From assembly GCA_001724265.1 (NCBI GenBank), contig MEDY01000132.1, forward strand, positions 1 to 64,000: a DNA stretch of 64,000 nt, in the 5' to 3' direction. Position numbers and translations under genes: made by a program. Under the pieces are notes generated by a model. That model saw only the letters and a list, made by a program, of their open reading frames with translations. It searched no databases and was not told the origin of the DNA. Source of the stretch: Rhizaria sp. SCN 62-66 (taxonomy: Eukaryota). Shown here piece by piece: positions 10,795 through 24,140 of this stretch (the stretch's first letter is position 1; each line of letters opens with the position of its first letter).

Positions 10795-13700
10795 TTACCG
10801 GTGTTGCTGTTGCTGCTGCAGCTGTTGCTGTTGTTGCTGTTGCTGCATGTACTGCATCAGCAGCAGTTGCTGCTGCAGAGGGCTCGTGCCTGCCTGCGGA
10901 AACGCGGTGCCCGCGGAGACACCGGTGTTACCAAGCGCCGCCATAGCGCCATTCGCACCTAAACCGGGAGAGACGATCGTGCCGGCGCCTGCATTCGCGT
11001 TCGCCGCCACGGCGAGGTTGCTGCGGCTCCCTAGCGCACCGCCGAGGCCGCCGCCGTTGAGGCCGCCGCCGTTGAGGCCGAGGCCGAGGCCACCTGTCGC
11101 CGAAGACGTTGAGGGGGAAAGTGTGCTCGTGGGCGCAGCGCCAACGCTGTGATTGTTGGGAACAGTGGAGTTACTATTGGATGCGCCAGAGGCGGCCGCG
11201 AGTAAGGCTTGCAGCGCGCTCATGTTGCCGCCGCTGCCACTCTGGCCGAGCGCGTGGCCGTGAGCGACCGACTGCGAGGTACTTAGACCGCCACCCAAGG
11301 CACTTAGACCGGAGCCACCGCCGCCGCCACCACTAAGTGCAAGGGTGGACAACGGCGACACAGCCGCGTTGCCGGCGGCAAACGAGCCAGGACTCGTCGC
11401 GCTCACAACGCTGCTGCTCGCCGTGCGAAGAGAAGTTAAGCCGCCGCTACCAAGAGGGGCAACGGAAGCGTTGACAGCGGAAGGGAAGCGAGTGTGGGCC
11501 ATGTTTTGATTCATGCCAGCAGCGGCGTTGGCTTGCATCTGGAGTTGCTGCTGCTGCTGCTGAAGCTGCAACTGCAACTGAAGTTGTTGCTGCTGTTGTT
11601 GTTGCTGCTGCAGCTGTTGAATCATTTGCTGCTGCTGTTGGTAAGCAATCAGCGCAGCAAGGTCGTTCGCGGAAATACCGTCAATGCCGCCGTTGCCAAT
11701 GAACGTGCCCCCACGCTGCTGTTGCTGTTGCTGCTGTTGCTGATGTTGTTGCTGCTGCTGCAAAGCGAGCGCGGCGGCGTTGACGTTGAGCGGACTGTAC
11801 GCCCCGCCACCGAACGCGCTGCCCGCGCCGGCGAATCCGCCCGTGGCTGCGCCGCCGTTACCAGTGACACCGCCCAGTGCGCCGACGCCGCTGAGCGCGC
11901 CCAGCCCGAGCCCGGACATCCCGCCCGCGAAGCCCGCGGCGGCGGCGGCGGCCATCGCGGAGGAGGGCGTCCCCATCATGTCCGCGAACGCGCCGTTGCC
12001 GCCGGGGCTGTTGGGGCCTCCGGGTGCGGCGGCCGCAGCAGCGGCGGCGGCGGCGGCGGCGGAGGCGGCGGCGGCGGCGGCGGCCTTCTGCTTGGCCGTG
12101 CCGCCCGCCGCGCCTGCGCCACGCTTCGCCCCCGTCCCGCCGCTGTTGATACTGCTGCTGCTGCCGCCGGTGCCAGTGGTGAAGCCGTCGGCGCCGGTGT
12201 TAAGCGCCGCGTGCGCTGCGGCCGACGCCGCCGCGACCAGCGCTGCGGCGCGCGTGGGCGAGACAGCACCGCGCACGAACACGCCGGTGCTGGCGCCGGC
12301 GCCTCCGCCGGCTGCGCCGCCGCCGCCCGCGGCTGCGGACGTGATGCCGGTGCACGTGCGGATGTAGAACTCCTTACCGACTTGGAGGCGGCGCGCGAGG
12401 TCGAAGGAGCCCAGGGCGTCTTTGTTCTTGCTCATGCGCTCGGCCAGCTTGTCGGAGCGCTTCTGCTGGTACGCCTTGCAGTGCAGGTACTTAAAGTTGA
12501 ACACCTAAAAACAAGAGAGAGAATTGACAACATAAATGAGTGATTATAAAATAAAAACAAAAAGTAAACTTGGAAATATATCATTATGAAAATGCTTCTT
12601 GTGAGAAATTTGGAGTTGTGACGCAGAATGTGACAGAGATAGCTTTGTTTTCGTGAGTGTACGTACCCTGCCGTCGGCGCCAATGGGGCTGGTATGGAGC
12701 AAACAGTCAACCTCTGCACCGCGGCGGAACGTGCAGCAGCACATACCGGCCTGCGGCGGGTGCAGATCCGCCCACACCATGCAGTGCAGGCAATACCACT
12801 GCTTGGCCGTGATGTCGCCGAAGACGTTGGGGAAATAGGGTCCGAAGTACTCGCTTTGCACCGCGAGGCAGTCGCCGCAGATGGCGCGATGGCTGTGGTT
12901 AACGCCGTTGCACCACAGGTTCGTGCACCACAAACGCTCGGGGAAGAGGTACGACTTGGCGAGGCAGTCGCGCCGAACTTCGTCTTCGTCGTCGTTGTCG
13001 TTGTCATCTTCGCCGCCCGCACCGACGCCGCCACCGCCGCCGTCGCCGCCGTCGCCGTCGTCGTCGATCATTTCGTAGCCCTTGCTGCCCCCGGCCGCGG
13101 CCGCGCCGCCGCGGCGCTTAGACGCGGCCGCTGTCGCCCCAGTGGCGGCAGCGGCAGTGGCAGTTGCAGCGGCAGCGCCGGCTGCCAAGCGGCCGCGAGG
13201 GACGGCGGCGGCCGCGACGGCGGCGGCCGTGGCAGCCAGTCGCCCGCCGCGGCTGGAGCGGCCCTGCCCCCGGCCCGCCACCGGCCCACCAACACCGCCA
13301 GCAGCAGCAGCAGTCGCAGCGGCGGCGGCGGCGGTGGCGGCGGTGGAGGCAGCAGCAGAGGCTTCGGTGGCGGCGGGATGCGCTGGGTCAGACGGCGACG
13401 GCGACAACGCGGTCTGCGACACCGATGCCGCCGCAGCAGCAGGAGGAGACACGGCGCCCGCGCCAGCAGCAACAGCACCAGGAGCGATCGCTGCGCCTGA
13501 CGCAGACGTCGTCGCAGTTGCCAGCGTTGCGGCCGCGGTTGCGCTGGCGCTGGCATTGGCGGTGCTGTTGGTCGAGGGCGACTGTGAGCGCGGCGAGCTC
13601 GACTTGGGCGACAGCGACCGGGGCGACTTGCCCCCGCCCGCGCCGCCCGCGCCCACAGTGGTTCCGTTCCACATCCCGCCCGTGGCGGCGGCGTCGCGCT

Positions 13701-16700
13701 TGACGCTCTGCAGCACGGTCGGCGGCAGCACGCCGCGCGCGACGAGCGCGGTGAAGCGGCGCTCGCGGCGGCGCTTGAGTATCGCCCACCCAACACCGCA
13801 GAAGGAGCAGCACGCGCGCTCGCTCTTCTCCTGCGCGACGCGGAGGTAGTGGCCCAGCAGGTGGCGCAGGGCCGCGTTGTCGTCGGCGGAGTCCCCGGGG
13901 ACGAGGGCGGGGGCGCCGGCGCCGGTCAAGGGGTCGATGGCCGCGGCGGCGGGCGAGGGTGCGCTGATGCCCGTCACGGGGGTGCTTAGGAGCGTCGGCT
14001 GCTGTTGCTGTTGCTGCTGTTGTTGCAAAGCGAGTTGTTGTTGGAGTAGAAGCAACTGCTGTTGCTGTTGCTGCTGGAGTTGCTGCTGTTGCGCTAACGC
14101 GGCCAACAAAGCACTATTCGTCGTTGCACCACCAGCACTAGCAGCAGCAGCGCCAGCAGCGTTAGCAGCAACAGAAGCAGGAAGGGGCGGGCTCACTGTT
14201 GCGTGGCGTGGAATTCCGCTCGGTGGCGACCGCGCCCTCCGGCCACTCGCAGCCGGCGCATGAAGTTCCGGCTTAACTTCCTCGCCGAGCAGCGGCTTAC
14301 CTTCCGTCTTGACCAACGCGCCGCCGCCATTCCGCTGCTGCTGTTGCAGTTGCTGGTCGATCTGCCGCTGCTCCTGCTGCGCCGCGAGCGCGAGGCTGAG
14401 CTCGCCCAGCTGCTCAGTGGCGCGCAGCACACCCTGGCTAGACGGAGAGAGGGCGCGGCGCTGGTCGAGGGGGGAGAGCGGACGCAGAGAGCGGACCTGT
14501 GCCTGCTGCGTCTGCTGCTGCTGCTGTTGCAGTTGTTGATGCTGGAGCTGGGTGAGCGCACGAGGGGAGAGCGGGGCTGCTGCGCCGCTGCCGCCGCTAG
14601 CGCCGCCCGCAGCAAGCACAGCAGGTGCAGAGTGACCATCGCTCATGTGCAGGGTCCCAACAGCAGCAGCGCTGCTGCTGCTGCTGCTGCTGTTGCTGTT
14701 GCTGCTCGCGAGTGTGCCTGCCACCACCGCGGAGGCGACGGTTTGCAGCGCCGTCACGGCCGCGGCGAGGCTGTCGGCCGTCGCGGCGTTCGCCTGCGCC
14801 GCCAGCAGCAGCAGAGGCGTTGCGCTGTCAAAGCCGCACTCGTTGTGCGCGTCGCTGTCGTAAGCCTCGCTCGCGCCGCCGCTGCTGGTGTTTCGATGCA
14901 CGCAGATACTGCTCCCACACGCACTCGCGCTGGCACTGGCGCTGGCGGTGACGGTGCTGAGACTGCGGCTACTGTTGTTGTTGTCGTTGTTGCCGTTGCT
15001 GTTGGCCGAGTTAAGGAAGCAGGAAACGGCACGGCGCACAGCCTTGAGGTCAATCCCAGCCGCAGCGGCCGCAGCAACGGCGGCATCGCTGTCACCACTG
15101 CTGCTGCTGCTGCCACTGCTGTTGTTGCTGTTGCTGCTGTTGTTGTTGTTGGTGTGGGTGAGGTCAGTGATCGCGCTCGCGTCTGCGGCCGCGATGAGCG
15201 CGTCCAGGCAGTTGCGCGCGTGCGTCAGCTCGGCCGCGCGCTGTTTCAGCGTCACCGTGACCGTGTGCGCAGTGTGCAGTGACACAAGCTCGCTCTCTTC
15301 CCCCGCAGTCAGCGGCGGCGCCTCGGCGCTATGGTCCGCCGCGTCCCCCGCCTCGCTACTATGGGCGAGGAAGCGCCGCTGCAACGCCGTGTAGCGCTCC
15401 ATCAGCGCGCGCGTGAAGGGCGGCAGCGAGGCGAGAGTGACCGTGAGCGCCGAGGAGACCGAGTCGACGGCTGAGGCGCGCGCCAGCAGACCTGGCACGG
15501 TGGCCGTGACGGTGGGCGCGGCGATGTCGTCGTCGGGGGGCAAAGACGCGAGCAAGCGGGCGGTGGTGGCGGCGGCGGTCACGGCGACGGGGGCCGACTC
15601 GTTCGGACCACTCGCACTCACACTCCCACTCGCAACTGAGGCGTCAGTCAGAATAGCAGCGCCAGCGCCAACGCCACTGTGAGTGAGGGCGTTCGCGTTA
15701 GTAGTGTTGTTGTTGTTCATGTTGCTGGGGAGAACGGAGATGGTCGCGGTGTAGGCAGAGAGGAGCGCGTGGCGGACACTTCCATCCTCGACTAAGGGGG
15801 TACTTAGACTCGACTCGGCGGGGGTATGACTGCGATTCATGGTACACGCGTCGTAGTAGCGGCTGAGAATACTGTCGCAGCCCTCATTGTTCACAGTCGA
15901 GCTCGGGCCACTGGCACCGGCGTCCGTTGTCGACGCAGGTAGCAGGGCGAACAGAGCGGGCAACACCGCTGGCGGCGCGAGGGTCGCGACTGCGACGCGG
16001 CCCACCTTCTCCGCAGCGGCGGGGCTTAGTTGGGCGGCGATGCTCCCGCAGTCGACACCGCCGCGCAAAACACGCTTTTCGACCTCGGCCCTCTCGTCAT
16101 CACTCAAAACACCCGTGCTGGCGCTGCTAGCGCCAGTCTCGAGCTTGAGGGCCACAGCGTTGCCGCCGCTGCTGTTGCTGCCGCTGCTGCTGCTGCTGTT
16201 GTTGTTGAGATTGCTCAGAGTGTGTGAAAGAGGCAAACACTCGATGATGAGTGAGACTGAGGGGGCGGCTTGACTTTGAGCAGCGCGCGCTGAAGCACGG
16301 GTCAGCGGCACTGCACCGGACCACTGCGACTGCGACTGTGAGCTGTTGTTATTGACTGTGAGCAGGCGCACGAAGTTAGGCCGCATCGCGGATACAGGGA
16401 CTGCCATCGCAGTCGCCGCCGTAGCGGCAGCCGCAGTGACAATAGCGAACAAAGCAGAGCCTAAGAACAGCTTCAGAGCAGACATTTCGCTGTCGCTGTT
16501 GTCGCAGCTCAGCACACCGCTCTCGTCAGCCGCACCAGTGGTGTTGCTGGTGCTGCTGCTGTTGTTGTTGCTGCTATCGCCGTCGTTGTCGTCGGTCATC
16601 GCCTGGCCGCGCGAGCTACTCAGCCCCAGCTGAGGGGTACTTAGACTGCCGGTACTTGCATTGCCCCCCATCGCCAAAGTCTGCTTGAACAGCGCGTCCG

Positions 16701-19665
16701 CAGTGTGGGCGCCGGACGCGTCAGTGTAAGTGGACGTGTAAGCACCGGCGACATGTGTAAATGCCTCGAGCGGGACGCCCGTGAGCAGCAACGCCGGTGC
16801 CGGCGCCAGAGCACGGCAGAGCGCCGCGGCCGCGGCCGCCGAGGGCCGCTGCCAGGGCGCGGGGGACAGGAGAGAGAGGATCAAACCGCGCAGCAGAGCG
16901 GCGTGCAGTCTAAGGGAGCTGCTCGCGCCGGCACTTACACCGCCACTTACACCTAAACCGCCACTTACACCGCCGTCCGCCATAGAGGCAGACGCAGACG
17001 CAGACGCTGAAGCAGTCTGCGACGCGGAGTCAGTAGGGGCACTTACACTGGGTAAATAGGCCGAGAACGCAGGGATCGCGCGCACAGCAGCGCCGACGAC
17101 GCTCTCACAACGCGCGTTGTCTCTACCGACGTTGTTGTTCTGGAGTGTTGTGAGCAGCGCAGATGTAAGTGCCACGCAATGGCGATAGCGCGACTGAGCA
17201 TCGTGAGGAAGACAAGCTGCCTCCGCCTCCGCAATAAGTTTAGCCGCGTCCTTGCCTTTTTGCGCTACCGGCGTGAGGGTGACCGTGGGCACCGGGGCGG
17301 GCGCGGCGCGCGCGAGCACGCTGTCGGCCGAAGCCAACACCTGCTCCGTGAAAAGCGTCAGCAGCGAGCCGTTGCGCTGCTGCACGGCGGTGATGTAGGG
17401 CCAGATAGCGGCGATCGTGCTCACAACGCTACTTGTGTGCGCGTTGAGATCCCTTGCGCTGGTGTTGGCGAGGTTAAACGGCATTTGACTGCAGGTGAGT
17501 GCCAGAGCAGCGTTTTTCGCAATGGTGCCGTTGTTGTCACCCCCGCTGCTGTTGCTGATGTTGTTGTTGATGTAGGTGCTGAGATAAGCCCCCAGCCACG
17601 TCACGGGGTCGGTCGCCAGCAAGCCAGCGCCAGCGCCAGCGCCCGCACTCGCGCTCGCACAGGCGTTGCCATTGACACCATACTTTACATTCGCGACATT
17701 CGCGCCAATGGAGTTGAGCTTGGCTGTGACGTTGCTCTTGCAGTAAACACACTCACAAACCACGTTAACAGCAACTTTGCTGTCGTCGCCGCTGCTGCTG
17801 GCACCGCCGCCGCTGTTGCCGCCGCCGCTCGTCAGCAGAACCTCGGGACTGCTGACAGCGCTGGCAATCGCCGCGCTTGCCTTGTTTGTCTTGCCGCGCC
17901 CACGACCACTGCCAGTCGCCGCAGTCGCTGCCACCACACTCGAGCTACTGTTATTCGCCGTCGCCGCCGCGGCTGATGCTGACGCTGCTGCTGATGCAGC
18001 TGCGGCGGCGGTGGCGGCGGCCGTGGCCGCAATTTGCGCCACCATCGGCGGTAAGGGCGCGATCGCGTCGACGTCGACAGCGCTCGCCACGTCGAGCAGA
18101 AGCAGCAGCTGCATTAGAACGCCGCCCGCTGCGTACAGATCCGCCCGCTGGCACGCCACAACCCCGCTCTGGCTCGCGTCCGCGCTCGCGCTCGCGATAG
18201 CGGTGCCGTTGTTGTAGTGATTGCTCTGATGCGTGAGAGAGGTAGTGGCGGCGGCGGCGGCAGCGGCGGCTGCGGAGGCGCGAGCGAGCGCGTCCGGCGC
18301 TGTCAGTAGCGACGACACAGAGAAGGCGGGGCCCCGGGCAGCGACCCAGAGTGAGAGCGCGTGCGGCGCGGAGACGAGCCGCATCATATGCAGCGACAAC
18401 GGCGACAGGGATGCCTGCGACTGCGTCTGCGCGTTGTCGCTGGCGCTAGTGGTAGCGCTGTAACTGTTGGTGTTGCTGTTGTTGTTATTTTGTTGTGTGA
18501 AGCGCAGAGTGTGGAGCGACACGGCGCCGTGCGCCGTCTGCGCGCTGTGAAGCGTTTCGAGACTCGTCATCACCGTACGCGCTAGAACGGCCATCTCGTT
18601 CAACGTGAAGCCGTCGCCTGACTGTGCGCGCGCGGAGACCAGGCTCGCCAGAGACAGAGGGGCCAGCGGGTAGCTCAGCAGCGATCGTGAGCCTGAGGGG
18701 GAGTGGGCAGCAGACCCAGAAGTTGCGTTAACAGGCGCTTGGGAGTTGTTGTGCTGTTGCTGCTGTTGTTGCTGCTGGGCGATGTGTGAGGGGGTACTTA
18801 GTTGGTGCGTGAGCTGTTCTTCCAAGTGCGAGCTACTGAGCGTGCCAAGCGGGGTGTCCAGGTAAGGATGGAACGCGCCGACCGAGGACAGAAACGCCTG
18901 CGAGAACGCAGAGACAACGCTCGAACAGACGGGCGGCACCGGCAGAGACGCAACAGCGCCAGCACCCGTCGCCGTGGCCACTGCGACTGCAGCGGTGGCG
19001 GCGACCGCGGTTGACAGAGGCAGCGGAGAGAGAGGGAACGAGATGACTGGCTGCCGGCGGTAGATATAGCCGCTGTGTGCGCCTGAGTCACGGCTTGTGG
19101 CGGCTGTTGCTGTCGAAATCATGGGGGGAAACGAACGGAGAGCGTACTCTTGGTGAGCACTGATGCCTGTGCCACTAGGAGTCACACCGCTCGCACTCGC
19201 AACCGTACTGTGTGCGTTGTTGGCGTTCAAAGCAGCAGAAGACGACGACTTGCCGGGCGTGTTGACCAGGTTGCCAGTCGAAACAACAGGCGCGGCCGAT
19301 ACGTCGATAGACACGAACCGTCCGTCTTGAGCGCTGGTGCTCGCAACCGGAGCGGTGGCGGCTGTAGTAGTCGCGGTTGTGACGGCGGTGACTGCGGTGT
19401 AGAGCCCCCCGCCCTCACAGTCATCGACACGTGCGATTTGCGCCAGCTGCGGCGGGCTAGCGAACGCGAAGGCCACCTCGGGCGCGTCGGCCGACGCGGG
19501 CGCGGGCGCGGGCGCGGCCGATGAGAGCGCAGCGGCCGAGGGCGGGAGCGCGGCGAGTGAGCTGGGCGGCGGCGAGAGCGCGGTGCGGGGTCGCACAGTC
19601 GCGTGCGGGGTCCGCGTGGTGTCACTCTGCAGCCGCTTCGAGCGGTTCGGCACGGCGGTGTCCAT
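10795..19665 (-). CDS. ~2900-aa protein: N-terminal pseudokinase-like fold, C-terminal zf-4CXXC_R1 (CDCA7-like) zinc finger, polyQ tail; exons 19665-12667, 12504-10795
   Basis: Phase-0 intron 12666-12505 (GTACGT...TTTTAG) joins the two long ORFs. Kinase-like pieces HPYL, SLETLHSAQTAHGAVS, RADLYAAGGVLMQLL, LILSLLSPAPWQRPSA. Cys cluster CSFC...CTNLWC...ICGDCL...WYCLHC...GMCCCTF. Start ATG 19665 is inferred; stop TAA. Confidence 0.7.
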
Positions 19666-21886
19666 TTCGGGCGCGAAATAGAGACCAGGGCAGGCCGGGA
19701 ATAGGATATGCAATCGGTCACTCGATAGAAAAGCGTATGGGTAATTGTTCTCAATGAGATTGGGGAGGGGCGAGTAGGGCTAGAAGGGATACAGCGGGAG
19801 GAAAAGTTGGCGTGTGGATGGTAGTAGAGGCGGTGAAGATGGTCTTCGGAGGATAGCGAGAAAAGTGCTTTTGGGTTGTTCTAAGGGCTATAATTGAAAG
19901 GACAAGCTTGCGCAAACCGTTGCGTTCTCTCATAACGCCTGACAGACACTTTCACGTTTTATTGGGACTGCTACAGCTCGCCGACAAATCGCTCTCGTGT
20001 CCAAAAGCCGCCATGTCTCCAGTTCTGCAGTCCCCACTCAGCAGCAACAAGAAAAGCTTAAGTTCGTCCAGAAATGTTACGAGCGCGTTCAAATTTAATA
20101 TCAAAATGTGAGCCATAGTAAAATACGTGATTGCAGGCGTTTATTTATGGACGTAAGTCTTGTTTTTTAGTCAAAATTTGTCACGGAATGAGCATGCCAA
20201 TCAAATGGTCAAAGCCGAAAATGAACGTATCTAGCTGACTGAACAGCTCTAACAATAAGTTTTGAGTCTAATTACGAAAGAAAAGGACATAGTGTATTGT
20301 CATTTGTCATATTAACATGATTTCTTTTCACCTGTGATTTGTTAACAGTGTCAAATTGACTCGCAATGTTACTGCCACTGCCGCTGCTGTCACTCGGTGT
20401 CAGTGTCACAACACGCAGTCACTTAGCTGCTGTAGTCGCTAGAGGTGCGTCGATGACACATCCCCAGTCACAATAGCAGCATAGAGCAACTGCAGTGTGA
20501 TTGCCACAGCAACAACAGTAGTGCGACGGTGACACGAACAGAACCAACACATTAAATCCCCTTCTCTCGCCAAATCCTCCCGAATAGCACATATTTTCCT
20601 TATTTGTTGTTTTGTTATTGGCCACATACGGCTCTTATAGTGATATAATATCTTTTTCTTTTGTTTTTGATGTTTTTTGCTGCAGGTTTGCATGCATCTG
20701 GTTGTTATTATCCCGCATGTAGCGTTGTTATGTTTTAGCTATTTGTTTTGTTTTTGGTTATTATTTGCGTGCGTTATTTCTTTTGTTTTGTTGCTGTGCT
20801 ATTCTTCACTTTTCTTCACTAAACCCCCAATGAACTTTGTTTCGGCCAAGTCTTTACTCCACAATGCAATCAAGTTAGTCAGCCTCAACCATGTTTGATG
20901 ATGAAGCAATCTCCTAAGTATGCACAAAAGTGACTGTGCCTACGTTGCTGCAAGTGTGTTGTGTCACTCGACAGCAGGCAGCAAACAGCCACTTAGAGGC
21001 GTGCATCTAAGGTAATTAGACGAAGACTTGAATTGCGACTGACGGAGTGAGGCTAAACCATTGCTCCAAGAGACTGGACTGAGACACGACTAATATGGTT
21101 ACTAGTTAGACATACTTTTACACTGACAAGGTCACCCTTAGAAATGAAGGGTACTTAGATTGAATCATACTTCGATCAACCACCGAACGGAACACAAAAG
21201 AAAACAGGCTTTCCTCAAAAATAAAATCTTGGACGGACTTGGGAGAGAGCATTTGGGCAGCTCTTAATGAAATACACGAAAAATACTTGAAACATAAAAA
21301 TACAGAACAAAATGAACTAGCGAACTATGTAACAAGACAAAATAAAAAACGTCCAAGTATAATCCCCATTATCCGTGTAAGTGTCAGTGTGTAAAGTGTT
21401 AGTAACCGATAAGTGCAAAGCAAGAGCAATGACTGAGAACAAGGCGCGATAAATCTCGCTCTATCTAAGTCCCCATGTCCTACGTACTAAGGTACTTAGA
21501 TCGGACAGTGTGTGGGAGAGAGAGTGACTAATACCTTGCTTGTGTTATAAAGAGATGATGTCAAATATAACACTACCTTCAGTCAAAACGTGATCATTTT
21601 ACCTGCGCAGATTAGGACAAATGAGACACGCTTTAAGTGCTTTCTTGCTTATTTCGAGTCACAAAATGTCGTGGTCACCGCGTCAGCTCACTGTGGTCAA
21701 AACCAGCTCTGAGGAGGTACTTAGAGAGCGGAGGAGTGCCCCATCCTTAGACATACTCTCGTTACTTTGACGCAGACAGGAGAGCTTGACTACAGTATCA
21801 GTCGATCTCAGCCTCTCGCACCCTTAGACACGCGCAATCTTCAGCAAGCACTTAGACAGCGTGGTACTTGCACCGCTAAGTGGTAC

Positions 21887-24140
21887 TTAGACGCAGTAGA
21901 GCTTGGTGTCGATCTCCGCGGGCACAGCGGTGATCTCGGTGCTGAGCTCCTGCTCGATGCGGTACAGAGCGAGGCGGTCGTCGGGCGTGATGAGGTTGAT
22001 GGCGATGCCGAGGTGGCCGAAGCGGCCAGAGCGGCCGATACGGTGGAGGTACGTCTCGGCTGACTTGGGGAAGTCGAAGTTGATCACCACGTTCACAGCC
22101 TGCGCGGCAACAACGAGAAAAAAACATGTGGATGAAATTTGAGTGAGTTGAAGCACAAGATAAAAATGACATAAACCCCAAACAAACACAATCGCGAGAC
22201 AACAACGTGGCGAACATATAAATCAATATTTCAACGATTCAGCACAGTGTCTACGTGGTTATATCTTGCTATAGGAGAAGATTGCGTACCTGGACGTCGA
22301 AGCCACGGGACAGAAGGTCGGTGGCGACGAGGTTACGCGCATTGCCCTGGCGGAAGTTGTGGAAGACCTTGTTGCGCTCCTGCTGGGTCATGCGGGCGTG
22401 GATGAAGTAGCAACTAGCGCCCATCTCAGTGATCTTCTTGGCCAGAAGCTCAACACGCTTGACAGAGTTGCAGAAAATCATCGCCTATACAGACATACAG
22501 AAGAGGAAAATACAGCACAAAAGAACCGAGAACGAGCAATAAAGTGAGAATTTAACGTCTGAGACAAACAGAGTGATAGTATCGCAAAGTGAATCAATTG
22601 GAGAGAATATTAAGTTGTTTTGTGGCGAATGCACGTACCTGGTTGATGGAGAGCTTGCTGAAGAGCGTGGCAAGGCAGTGCACCTTCTGCGACTCCTGCA
22701 AATACGCGTAAAACTGCGTAATACCCTTGAGAGTAAGCTCCTCCATGAGGTTGATCACTTCGCACTTGTCACCGAGCCACTGCTCCTGGAACTGCTGCAC
22801 CTCGGCCGGGTACGTAGCGGAGAATAGCATGATCTGACGGCCCTCCTTGGTGGCGTTGAGCACCCACTCGACGGGGGGACGGAAGTCGTCCGAAAGCAGC
22901 TTGTCGGCCTGTGAAAGAGATAATACAAAACGACAAAATGAAACAAATGGAGGGAATACAGATGTGATGGAGTGAGATAAATGGGTATGACAAAGTTAGA
23001 AGTTATGCGATGCGTATTATTTAGGCGAGATGTTGCCGCAGTAGCGTACCTCGTCGAGGACGACGGTGTGGACGTGCGACAGCAGACCCGGGATGCGCTC
23101 GGCCAGGTCCTTGAGACGCGAGGGGGTGGAGACAACGACGTGGGGCGGCACGTCAGGGTTACGGAGACGCAGGACGTCGTCCGCGGTGGATGTGCCGCCC
23201 ATGAGAGCAACGCGGTTGACGCCGACGTGGCGTGCAAGCGTCTCGACGGTGTTCGCGACCTGAAACATAGAAATCAGCGGATATAACACACAAGATGTCG
23301 GAGTGAGAAATTGAAACCAAGACATTAGAAAGAACTCGTAGGTATTCAGTACCTCATAAAGTTTCGCTTTAGATTGATGCGAAGCGATACATGGCTTCAA
23401 AACGTTGTTGTAGTTGGTAAGCGTACCTGGGTGGCGAGCTCGCGCATGGGGATGAGGATAACAGCCTGGACACGGCGAACCGAGGTGTCAATGCTCTCAA
23501 TCACGGGGATGACATACGACGCAGTCTTACCGGTGCCGTTCTTGGCACGGGCGAGGATGTTGCGGCGCAGCAGCGCGAACGGAATCGACTCAGCCTGAAC
23601 AGTTCCACAAAAGTAGCAAAATATAAAATAATGAAAGGTGAGATTTGAAACACAAGATGGCTATAGGTTGCAGTCAAACTAAGCCCGATGGTACGATTGA
23701 GGGACACCTATACGTAAAATTATCTTGTTATGTGAGTAATAATTGAACGAACCTGGACGGGGGACGGGTTCTCATAGCCGGCCTCGTAGATGGCACGGAG
23801 AACACCATCCTTGAGGTTAAAGTCCTCAAACGAGAGGTTGCGTGAGTTGATAACGTCTTCGGTCTTAACGCGCTCATCGGGAGCAGGGCGCTGGATCGAG
23901 TCGTAGAACGCCTTTGAAACGAACAAAAAATAGAACACAAAAAGTGTGAATTGACAGAAAAGATGAGTGCAATTGGTTACAAAACTCGATTACGCTGTAG
24001 TTATTAGGTCGAAACATCGCGGTGCGAGCTCTTAGCAGGATGCGGTGGGATATATGGTGTAAATAGATGTGTTTAGTGTGTTTACGTACTTGGCGATCCT
24101 CAGAGATCTGCGTCGTGGTGGCAGCAGCAGGAGCAGACAT
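21887..24140 (-). CDS. DDX6: DEAD-box RNA helicase DDX6/Dhh1 (421 aa); exons 24140-24090, 23911-23753, 23594-23427, 23259-23050, 22908-22639, 22484-22290, 22099-21887
   Basis: Q motif (GYENPSPVQ), [18 protein letters not shown] split by an intron, [57 protein letters not shown]. Six phase-0 GT-AG introns. Confidence 0.96.

Noticed and set aside
11109-19757. Many overlapping antisense and alternate-frame ORFs (also 57257-58833 and elsewhere)
   Set aside because: Shadow ORFs of GC-rich, triplet-repeat coding DNA (poly-L/C/A/R translations) with no recognisable motifs.
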